9,762 nucleotides of DNA from contig NW_021827764.1 of NCBI RefSeq assembly GCF_006345805.1, forward strand, positions 1 through 9,762. The letters run 5' to 3'. The first letter of the stretch is position 1. The number at the start of each line of letters is the position of its first letter. Under the pieces are notes generated by a model. That model searched no databases. It had not been told where the DNA came from and was given only the letters and a program-made list of their open reading frames with translations. The stretch is from Octopus sinensis. Lineage: Eukaryota. Below, one piece after another: positions 1-8,020 of this stretch. A program made the translations under genes and the position numbers.

Positions 1-358
1 CCGGTACAAAGAACTAGCAACCGGTACAAAGAACTAGCAACCGGTACAAAGAACTAGAAACCGTTACAAAGAACTAGCAACCGGTACAAAGAACTAGCAA
101 CCGGTACAAAGAGCTAGCAACCGGTACAAAGAACTAGCAACCGGTACAAAGAGCTAGCAACCGGTACAAAGAACTAGCAACCGGTACAAAGAACTAGAAA
201 CCGGTACAAAGAACTAGCAACCGGTACAAAGAACTAGAAACCGTTACAAAGAACTAACAACCGTTACAAAGAACTATCAACCGGTACAAAGAACTAGAAA
301 CCGTTACAAAGAACTAACAACCGGTACAAAGAACTAGCAACCGGTACAAAGAACTAGC
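1..358. repeat. 20-bp minisatellite, consensus CCGGTACAAAGAACTAGCAA, 18 units in the window (last one partial), open at the left edge
   Basis: Read directly: an exact 20-bp period with a few recurring variants (CCGTTAC, GAGCTAG, TAGAAA, TAACAA, TATCAA) and no spacers. Confidence 0.98.
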
Positions 359-753
359 TTTTTTTTGTGGAAGCACTCCGTCGGTTACGACGATGAGAGT
401 TCCGGTTGATCCGAATCAACGGAACAGCCTGCTCGTGAAATTAACGTGTAAGTGGCTGAGCACTCCACAGACACGTGCACCCTTAGCGTAGTTCTCGGGG
501 ATATTCAGCGTGACACAGAGAGTGACAAGGCCGGCCCCTTGAAATACAGGTACAACAGAAACAGGAAGTAAAAGTGAGAGAAAGTTGTGGTGAAAGAGTA
601 CAGCAGGGATCACCACCATCCTCTGCCGGAGCCTCGTAGAGCTTTTAGGTGTCTTCGTTCAATAAACACTCACCACGCCCGGTCTGGGAATCGAAACCGC
701 GATCCTATGACCGCGAGTCCGCTGCCTTAACCACTGGGCCATTGCGCCTCCAC
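359..753 (-). mobile_element. tRNA-derived SINE ('family C' here), full length, with short A tail and 13-bp TSD
   Basis: The minus strand starts GTGGAGGCGCAATGGCCCAGTGGTTAAGGCAGCGG. Pol III A box TGGCCCAGTGG is at 741-731 and a B-box-like GGTTTCGATTCCC at 698-686. It ends in A8 (366-359). ACAAAGAACTAGC flanks both sides (346-358 and 754-766). Family name not assigned. Confidence 0.88.
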
Positions 754-829
754 ACAAAGAACTAGCAAAAAAGCACTGTGACGTATCCAAACTTATTGGT
801 TATGGATTTTATTAAAGGCACCAATTTTG

Positions 830-1278
830 AAAATTCTGGTGGCTGTTTTGTGGGTTATGAGGGCCTCATTCTTCTTGATTTTCTAGACTGTTTCTGTCCC
901 ATGAACACGAAACGGAGACAGTAAGAAAAAGCTTAGAGAGGCCGTTAGGAGGAAGACACCGAACAAGATCGACAATATAAGACCACAAACATCTTTAAAA
1001 AGAAATCAGGCAATCAGTAAATTAGACAGCTCAGTGATCCACGTTCTCAATCACTTGTATTTCTGGGGTCTGGCGCCCCCTGAGTCTCAGTTTTTTGGTC
1101 CAAGGAAAAACAGCCTTTGGGGACAGTGATTTGAAGATGACAGAAAGAGGCGGAAGTGTTTGCGAAGAAATGGGGGGGAACAGTGTACGTCAGAATGTTT
1201 CTCAAAGAAGTTTCGTGTGTTGGGGGTCGGAGTCAACGATGGCGGCAATAAATCAATTGTAATGGAGTCTATGTTGTG
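830..1278 (+). pseudogene. Highly decayed mariner (Tc1/mariner) transposase, catalytic and C-terminal half
   Basis: Manual translation across frameshifts and stops gives KILVAVLW/GYEGLILLDFL (cf. KVMATVFWDxEGVILIDFL), KLREAVRRK, DNIRPQTSLKRNQAISKL (cf. HDNARPH), LAPPESQFFGPRKNSLWGQ*FEDD (cf. DLAPSDxxLFGPLK) and QRWRQ*INCNGVYV (cf. RWxKCxxxxGxYVE). The motifs are in canonical order. Confidence 0.72.
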
Positions 1279-1574
1279 TGGTCCCTTTTTTTATAGAGGA
1301 AGAAGAGGTATTTTATTAAGTTGAGTGATTTGAACTTGTGTCAGTTAATAGGAAAGTGTTATAGACACCATCGAATTATTTTCGGTTCAACCATTGTATA
1401 CACACGCATATACATACATGCATACGCACGTGTGTGTGTGTATGTGTGTATTAAACAGACGCAAAGATGTGAAGGGGGACGAAAGGGAGTAGTTCATTTT
1501 GTGCACCCATTTCTCAACGTTTCCAAAGTTCTTAAGAAGATTTTTGCGAAATAATTGTAGATTGGGAAAAAGGA

Positions 1575-1690
1575 ATTTTCTGAAATATGTCGGTGGGAAG
1601 AAAGAAGGAAAGAAAGAGAAGGAGCGAGGAAGAAAAGTACAAGTGGGAGAGAAGCTAAAGAAGGAAGGTGGAGGTAAAGGTGGAAGATTA
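1575..1690. repeat. Purine-rich (GA) low-complexity tract
   Basis: Mostly A/G on the plus strand (GGGAAGAAAGAAGGAAAGAAAGAGAAGG...), with no fixed unit. Confidence 0.6.
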
Positions 1691-1735
1691 ATTGGTATTT
1701 CCAGCAAGGTATTTCCACAATTGGTATTTCCACAA

Positions 1736-3257
1736 GGCGGCGAGCTGGCGGAAACGTTAGCACGCCGGGCGAAATGCGTAGCCGTATTTCGTCTGCCGTT
1801 ACGTTCTGAGTTCGAGTTCCGCCGAGGTCGACTTTGCCTTTCATCCTTTCGGGGTCGATAAATTAAGTATCAGTTACGCACTGGGGTCGATGTAATCGAC
1901 TTAATACCTATGTATGTCCTTGTTTGTCCCCTCTGTGTTTAGCCCCTTGTGGGTAATAAAGAAATAGGTATTTCGTCTGCCGTTACGTTGTGAGTTCAAA
2001 TCCCGCCGAGGTCGACTTTACCTTTCAGCCTTTCGGGGTCGATAAATTAAGTACCAGTTACGCACTGGGGTCGATGTAATTGACTTAATACCTATGTCTG
2101 TCCTTGTTTGTCCCCTCTGTGTTTAGCCCCTTGTGGGTAATAAAGAAATAGGTATTTCGTCTGCGTTACGTTGTGAGTTCAAATTCCGCCGACGTCGACT
2201 TTGCCTTTCATCCTTTCGGGGTCGATAAATTAAGTACCAGTTACGCACTGGGGTCGATGTAATCGACTTAATGCCTATGTCTGTCCTTGTTTGTCCCCTC
2301 TGTGTTTAGCCCCTTGTGGGTAGTAAAGAAATAGAAATAGGTATTTCGTCTGCCGTTACGTTCTGAGTTCGAGTTCCGCCGAGGTCGACTTTGCCTTTCA
2401 TCCTTTCGGGGTCGATAAATTAAGTACCAGTTACGCACTGGGGTCGATGTAATCGACTTAATACCTATGTCTGTCCTTGTTTGTCCGCTCTGTGTTTAGC
2501 CCCTTGTGGGTAATAAAGAAATAGGTATTTCGTCTGCGTTACGTTGTGAGTTCAAATTCCGCCGAGGTCGACTTTGCCTTTCATCCTTTCCGGGTCGATA
2601 AATTAAGTACCAGTTATGCACTAGGGTCGATGTAATTGACTTAATCCGTTTGTCTGTGCTAGTTTGTCCCCCTCTGTGTTTAGCCCCTTGTGGGTAATAA
2701 AGAAATAGGTATTTCGTCTGCGTTACGTTGTGAGTTCAAATTCCGCCGAGGTCGACTTTACCTTTCATCCTTTCGGGGTCGATAAATTAAGTACCAGTTA
2801 TGCACTGGGGTCGATGTAATCGACTTAATACCTATGTCTCTCCTTGTTTGTCCCCTCTGTGTTTAGCCCCTTGTGGGTAATAAAAGAATGGGTATTTCGC
2901 CTGCGTTACGTTGTGAGTTCAAATTCCGCCGAGGTCGACTTTACCTTTCATCCTTTCGGGGTCGATAAATTAAGTACCAGTTACGCACTGGGGTCGATGT
3001 AATCGACTTAATACCTATGTCTGTCCTTGTTTGTCCGCTCTGTGTTTAGCCCCTTGAGGGTAATAAAGAAATAGGTATTTCGTCTGCGTTACGTTGTGAG
3101 TTCAAATTCCGCCGACGTCGACTTTGCCTTTCATCCTTTCGGGGTCGATAAATTAAGTACCAGTTACGCACTGGGGTCTATGTAATCGACTTAATACCTA
3201 TGTCTGTCCTTTTTGTCCCCCTCTATGTTTAGCCCCTTGTGTGTAGTAAAGAAATAG
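1736..3257 (+). mobile_element. tRNA-derived SINE ('family A') as one head (1736-1783) plus 8 tandem bodies of 183-189 bp
   Basis: Head GGCGGCGAGCTGGCGGAAACG has an A-box-like TGGCGGAAACG (1746-1756). B box GAGTTCRARTTCC is at 1808-1820 and in every unit. The 5' GGCGG can pair with CCGCC after the B box, like an acceptor stem. Units start at 1784, 1968, 2152, 2341, 2525, 2709, 2892 and 3075. GGTATTTCCAGCAAGG occurs at 1694-1709 and 3257-3272. Confidence 0.9.
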
Positions 3258-3848
3258 GTATTTCCAGCAAGGCAAAAACCTCGTAAAAGAACATTCATTG
3301 TCTGAGAGATGCCAAATAGTGCAGAGACAAATTTCTAAAACACATCTGAAATGTGGACAGTTGTAGAACAAAAAATATTTCTCATTAACGATCAACAATT
3401 AAATATGAAAGCAATTAAGACGAACCCAAGATGAACGTTTCTGACAGTTAATGGTGGACACTATGCAGCTACTTGATAATAGTTCTCTGAATACAGCGTG
3501 TTGTGATTAACATGTCTTTGTTGATATGACATTCACTTGAAAACTTCCCAGATGTCACATGTCATTTAGTACAATGATAAATAATGGAACACACCAGGTC
3601 CTGTTTCTTGAGTATTTTCTATTGTAGATAAGAGATTTTCAACACATCATGTCAAAATTCCTCTCCTATCTATTAGATCAAATCATAAACAATGCGGTTT
3701 TTCAATTGCATGAACTAAAAGTCGGAGGAAAGGGGAGGATAAACTACCTGCATGAACTTGTTATAAAAGCAGGTAGTAATTTTATCTTGTCCATATTCTT
3801 AGTGCAAGGTTTGAAGAGTGCAGTTCGATTTTAACAGTTATTTTCCCA

Positions 3849-4050
3849 GGCGCAGGAGTGGCTGTGTGGTAAGTAGCTTGCTAACCAACCACATGGTTCC
3901 GGGTTCAGTCCCACTGCGTGGCATCTTAGGCAAGTGTCCTCTGCTATAGCCCCGGGTCGACCAATGCCTTGTGAGTGGATTTGGTAGACAGAAACTGAAA
4001 GAAGCCTGTCGTATATATGTAATATATATATATAATATATATATTATATA

Positions 4051-4088
<38 letters not shown>

Positions 4089-4369
4089 GTGTGTGTGTGT
4101 GTGGTGTGTGTGTGTGTGTGTGGTGTGTGTGTGTTTTTGTGTGTGTGTTTGTGTGTCTGTGTTTGTCCCCCTAGCATTGCTTGACAACCAATGCTGGTGT
4201 GTTTACGTCCCCGTCACTTAGCGGTTCGGCAAAAAGAGACCGATAGAACAAGTACTGGGCTTACAAAAAAGAATAAGTCCCGGGGTCGATTTGCTCGACT
4301 AAAATCGGTGCTCCAGCATGGCCGCAGTCAAATGACTGAAACAAGTAAAAAAGTAAAAGAGTAAAAGAG
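3849..4369 (+). mobile_element. tRNA-derived SINE ('family B'), copy 1, with internal (AT)n(GT)n tract and (GTAAAAGA)n tail
   Basis: A box TGGCTGTGTGG is at 3859-3869 and a B-box-like GGGTTCAGTCCC at 3901-3912. It aligns end to end with the copies at 6004 and 8688. Confidence 0.9.
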
Positions 4370-4374
4370 CTATA

Positions 4375-4939
4375 ATGGGAAGTGGCAAAGGAGAATATTC
4401 GGCATATTTTGTCTTATGAGTTCAAGAAAGGCAACAACGGAATGGTAAATGCGAGGAATATTAATTCAGTATATGGGGATCGGACGATAAGCGTAAGCCA
4501 GTATCAACGGTGGTTCCATAAATTCCTGGCCGGAAACTACAGGAAGATCTGTAGAGCTTGATGACGAGGTCCTGCAAAACCTGGTGGAACAAAATCCCAT
4601 AGTAACTGTTGAGGAACTGGCAGAGTAGCTTGAATTTAGTCATTCAACTAGTCATTCAAGTCAGCGCTAGAACAAGAAACGACCATCTTTTGTTTCAAGA
4701 CGAAAGGTGTTCTTCCATCTGGATAATGTTCGGCCCAATACAGTGAAGATGACATTCTAAAGGCTGGAGAAGTTTGGACGGAAACGATGCCCCGTTCACC
4801 ATATTCGCCGGACATCTGATTATCATTTATTCCGCAGTTTTCAAAATCATTTGGAAGGGAAAATATGGATTCTGTAGACAAAGCCAGAACAGTACTGGAG
4901 GAGTATTTTTCGTCACAGACAAGTGAATTTTGGAAGAGT
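4375..4939 (+). pseudogene. Internally deleted mariner transposase remnant
   Basis: N-terminal HTH region EVAKENIRHILSYEFKKGNN...ARNINSVYGDRTISVSQYQRWFHKF, then GRSVELDDEVLQNLVEQNPIVTVEELAE*L. Later come HLDNVRPN (4716-4739) and PYSPDI/DYHLFRSFQNHL (4799-4850), then EEYFSSQTSEFWKS. It has multiple stops and frameshifts. The WVPHEL motif and first catalytic Asp region are missing. Confidence 0.9.
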
Positions 4940-5031
4940 ATCAGGCGGATTTCGAAACCGTTGTAATGATGGAAAGACCGGTGGTGGAAATCTTAATGTT
5001 TATGATGGTGGAGCTCGTACTTAAGAGATCC

Positions 5032-5193
5032 TCATTTTTTATCATGTAGGCACGACTAAAAAGTTTCGCTCGTGCAGTTTAGGCAGATGTCTGGTTGAAA
5101 ATATTTTTTTATAACAGTTCTTTTCTCAATTATTATCAAAATATTATCAAAATAAAGCTTGTACTTCCTCAGGGCTCTCCACTTGATGTAATC
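5032..5193 (-). pseudogene. Penelope-like element, C-terminal end of GIY-YIG endonuclease region (decayed), distal to the CR1 insertion
   Basis: Minus-strand translation DYIKWRALRKYKLY...IEKRTVIKK...CLNCTSETF*SCLHDKK* resembles the PLE C-terminus IKWxI...EKxxII...LNKRSExxSKCRHxNK (consensus from memory). Confidence 0.62.
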
Positions 5194-5642
5194 AAGCTGG
5201 CTACCCGCATGGTTCTTGGTCTCAAGCATTTGTCATATGAAGAAAGGCTGAAGACGCTCGACCTTTATTCTCTAGAAAAACGACGACGCCGTGGTGATCT
5301 CATTCTCGCTCACAACATCATAAGCGGAAAGTGTAACCTCTCGAAAGAGCTGTTCTTCACTCCTGCTCCAGAGCGTCGGCTGCGGGGTCACTCCGAAAAG
5401 CTCTATCTGCGACGATTTCATCTCAATCGAAGGAGAGGGGCTTTCTCCGTCCGGGTTGCGGATCCGTGGAATAAGCTGCCGGACGAGATAGTGAAGATGC
5501 CGACGACCGCTCGGTTCAAAGTCTCTCTTGACCAGAAATGGCCTGAACTCTTTGCATGAACACCCTCCCTGTACATAACTCCATGTCCCCCTACTTGGCC
5601 TTGCTTTTTGCTTTTTGAGCTAAAAAATTAACTTAACTTAAC
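5194..5642 (+). mobile_element. 5'-truncated CR1-type LINE 3' end: ORF2 C-terminus (5194-5559), short 3' UTR and (TTAAC)3 tail
   Basis: Uninterrupted frame KLATRMVLGLKHLSYEERLKTLDLYSLEKRRRRGDLI...RGHSEKL...FSVRVADPWNKLP...FKVSLD, the typical CR1/L2-group ORF2 C-terminal pattern. A microsatellite-type tail lies at 5628-5642. TAATC flanks both ends (5189-5193 and 5643-5647). Confidence 0.9.
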
Positions 5643-6003
5643 TAATCCATGACATTTCCCTTCAACGACCAAATAAGCCTAACTTAAGTTTAAGACATTA
5701 CATTCCTCCTCCACATTAAAGGAGAACCTATGGTTGTTAAATGTAGTCTTGAAAGAACCTTCTCTCATGCCCACATAGTTCCACATCTTTGACTGCCCGT
5801 TGGAGTCGTTTGACAACATCCCTGTCACTTACAGGGCGATTTCCGTAAGTCAGTGACCTTTGAGATAAAATGTGGTGTCCTCTCTGCTTGAGCATCCTAT
5901 TTCTGTTTCGGTGTGGGTCGACCTACTAAGATTTTCTTAACACTGGCTGCACAGCCAAAAGAAACTCTCAGTGTGTCTATTAAATACTTTACGACAGCTA
6001 TGT
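5643..6003 (-). pseudogene. Penelope-like element, GIY-YIG endonuclease core (decayed)
   Basis: The minus strand gives RKVFNRH(T)/LRVSFGCAASVKKIL (1-nt frameshift near 5971; cf. KIFNRNTVKVSYSC) and YVGMREGSFKTTFNNHRFSF (5777-5718; cf. YIGxTExxFKxRxNNHxxSF). Several stops are present. Confidence 0.75.
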
Positions 6004-6433
6004 GGCGCAGGAGTGGCTGTGTGGTAAGTAGCTTGCTAAACAACCATACGGTTCCGGGTTCAGTCCCACTGCGGGGCATCTTGGGCAAGTATCTTCTGCT
6101 ATAGCCCCGGGCCGACCAATGTCTTGTGAGTGGATTTGTTAGACGGAAACTGAAAGAAGCCTGTCGTATATATGTATATATATATATGTATGTGTGTGTG
6201 TTTGTGTGTCTGTGTTTGTCCCCCTAGCATTGCTTGACAACCGATGCTGCTGTGTTTACGTCTCCGTCACTTAGCGGTTCGGCAAAAAGAGACCGATAGA
6301 ACAAGTACTGGGCTTACAAAAAAGAATAAGTCCCGGGGTCGATTTGCTCGACTAAAAAGGCGGTGTTCCAGCATGGCCGCAGTCAAATGACTGAAACAAG
6401 TAAAAGAGTAAAAGTAAAAAGTAAAAGAAAAAA
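6004..6433 (+). mobile_element. SINE family B, copy 2
   Basis: Colinear with 3849-4369 and shares subfamily features (GATAGAACAAGTACTGGG, longer A run before GAATAAG). The internal microsatellite is short. AGCTAT/GCTAT on both sides (about 5996-6001 and 6433-6438) may be a short TSD. Confidence 0.9.
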
Positions 6434-6447
6434 GCTATACTCTCTCT

Positions 6448-6505
6448 CTTTTACTCTTTTACTTGTTTCAGTCATTGACTGCGGCCATGCTGGAGCACCG
6501 CCTTT
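6448..6505 (-). mobile_element. SINE family B 3'-tail-only fragment in inverted orientation
   Basis: The reverse complement matches 6356-6414 with one substitution and one 1-nt indel. Confidence 0.88.
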
Positions 6506-6535
6506 AAAGTGTTTATCATTAAGCTGAAAAAGATG
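6506..6535 (-). pseudogene. Short proximal piece of the same Penelope-like ORF
   Basis: Translates as HLFQLNDKHF (cf. FLxLIDKHFP, the motif expected just before HxLxKIFNRNT). It is only 10 codons, so support comes mainly from its position. Confidence 0.5.
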
Positions 6536-6544
6536 TGTGTGCGT

Positions 6545-6604
<60 letters not shown>
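6535..6604. repeat. (GT)n microsatellite
   Basis: Direct reading: a near-pure GT run from about 6555 to 6604. Confidence 0.97.
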
Positions 6605-6606
<2 letters not shown>

Positions 6607-6841
6607 CTTGCTTCAGCTTACGAATCGTTGGAGTATAGATGTTGTTTACCAAACACATAAACACATTCACATCATCCACATCGCATGTTATTATTGCTGT
6701 TAAGAGTTTGTTCCTCTCAAGTTTGAGTCAGTGAAATGAAAAACATAAAAAGTTTTATTGAATTAAGCTAAACACCAAACTAAGTCTGAAATGAATTTAC
6801 CCAAAGTCAGTAGACAGTAGAAACTTCTCGAAGACATGATG

Positions 6842-6868
6842 CGTGTGTATATATATAATATATAATAT

Positions 6869-6916
<48 letters not shown>

Positions 6917-6957
6917 ATGTATGTATGTATATGTATAATATATATATATATATATAC

Positions 6958-6988
<31 letters not shown>

Positions 6989-6991
6989 AAC

Positions 6992-7022
<31 letters not shown>

Positions 7023-7149
7023 AACATATTATATACATACATACATACATATATAATATATATATATGTGTGTGTGCGTGTGTGTGAGTGTGTGTTGTGT
7101 GTATATATAATGTGTGTGTGTATATATACATATATAATATACATATATA

Positions 7150-7211
<62 letters not shown>

Positions 7212-7290
7212 GAGTGTATGTGTGTGCATGTGTATCTGTGTGTGTGTGTTTTTCTATGTGTGTGTATTGTGTGTGGATATGTGGGTGTAT
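6842..7290. repeat. Compound (AT)n/(ATGT)n/(ACAT)n/(GT)n microsatellite
   Basis: Direct reading. Confidence 0.95.
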
Positions 7291-7291
7291 G

Positions 7292-7445
7292 ACTAGTTGA
7301 GAAATTCATTACGCAACCATGTTTTAAAATTCAGCCTCACTTCGGGTGGCACGTTGAGCAAGTGTTTGATGTTTTGACTATAGCCCAAGGCTGACTAATG
7401 TACTGTGAGCAGGTTTTGCTGACAGACAACTCTCCGAAAGCAGTA
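7292..7445 (+). mobile_element. Old, diverged 5' half of a family-B-like SINE
   Basis: CAACCATG...TTCAGCCTCAC...GTGGCACGTTGAGCAAGTG...ACTATAGCCC...TGTGAG...GACAGA matches family B motifs in the same order. Boundaries are approximate. Confidence 0.6.
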
Positions 7446-7458
7446 TGTGTGGTGTGCA

Positions 7459-7459
<1 letters not shown>

Positions 7460-7499
<40 letters not shown>

Positions 7500-7512
7500 C
7501 TACTATCTATCT

Positions 7513-7563
<51 letters not shown>

Positions 7564-7579
7564 GTCTGTCTGTCTATCT

Positions 7580-7626
<47 letters not shown>

Positions 7627-7642
7627 CTCTATCTATCCATCC

Positions 7643-7728
<86 letters not shown>

Positions 7729-7737
7729 CATCCATCC

Positions 7738-7776
<39 letters not shown>

Positions 7777-7820
7777 ATCTATCTATCTATCTATCTATCT
7801 ATCTCTCTATCTATCCATCC

Positions 7821-7902
<82 letters not shown>

Positions 7903-7958
7903 ATATATATATATATATATATCTAACTATCTAACTCTCTATCTATCTTATCTATCTA
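7460..7958. repeat. (ATCT)n [(GATA)n on the minus strand] tetranucleotide array with ATCC/GTCT variants and a terminal (AT)n, followed by (CT)n to about 8010
   Basis: Direct reading. Confidence 0.97.
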
Positions 7959-8020
7959 CACTTACACTCCCTCTCTCTCTTTCTCTCTGTCTGTCTCTCT
8001 CTCTCTCTTTCACACACAAA

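Noticed and set aside
1-358. CRISPR-like short repeat array
   Set aside because: Units are contiguous with no unique spacers, and the context is eukaryotic with no cas genes.
1321-1861. Overlapping ORFs of 77-120 aa
   Set aside because: They derive from a purine-rich low-complexity tract, a small microsatellite and the SINE head. No recognisable domain.
1784-3257. 5S rRNA, tRNA or snRNA tandem gene cluster, or a CRISPR array
   Set aside because: There is no 5S or snRNA motif and no complete cloverleaf. Units are contiguous SINE bodies, and a dispersed diverged copy exists at 8135-8240.
3295-3370. ERCQIVQRQISKTHLKCGQL resembling a piggyBac cysteine-rich tail
   Set aside because: Too few conserved Cys residues, flanked by stops, with no TIR or other transposase motif. 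A profile search would be needed.
3735-3790. 9-bp inverted repeat ACTACCTGC...GCAGGTAGT
   Set aside because: It is short and isolated, with no TSD or second copy, and is compatible with chance.
3849-3920. Functional tRNA genes at the SINE heads (also 686-753, 6004, 8688)
   Set aside because: They have A/B boxes but no canonical cloverleaf, and each continues into a shared SINE body and tail.
5095-5559. 154-aa ORF as a host gene
   Set aside because: The first 33 codons are antisense Penelope sequence that is open by chance. The rest is the CR1 ORF2 C-terminus.
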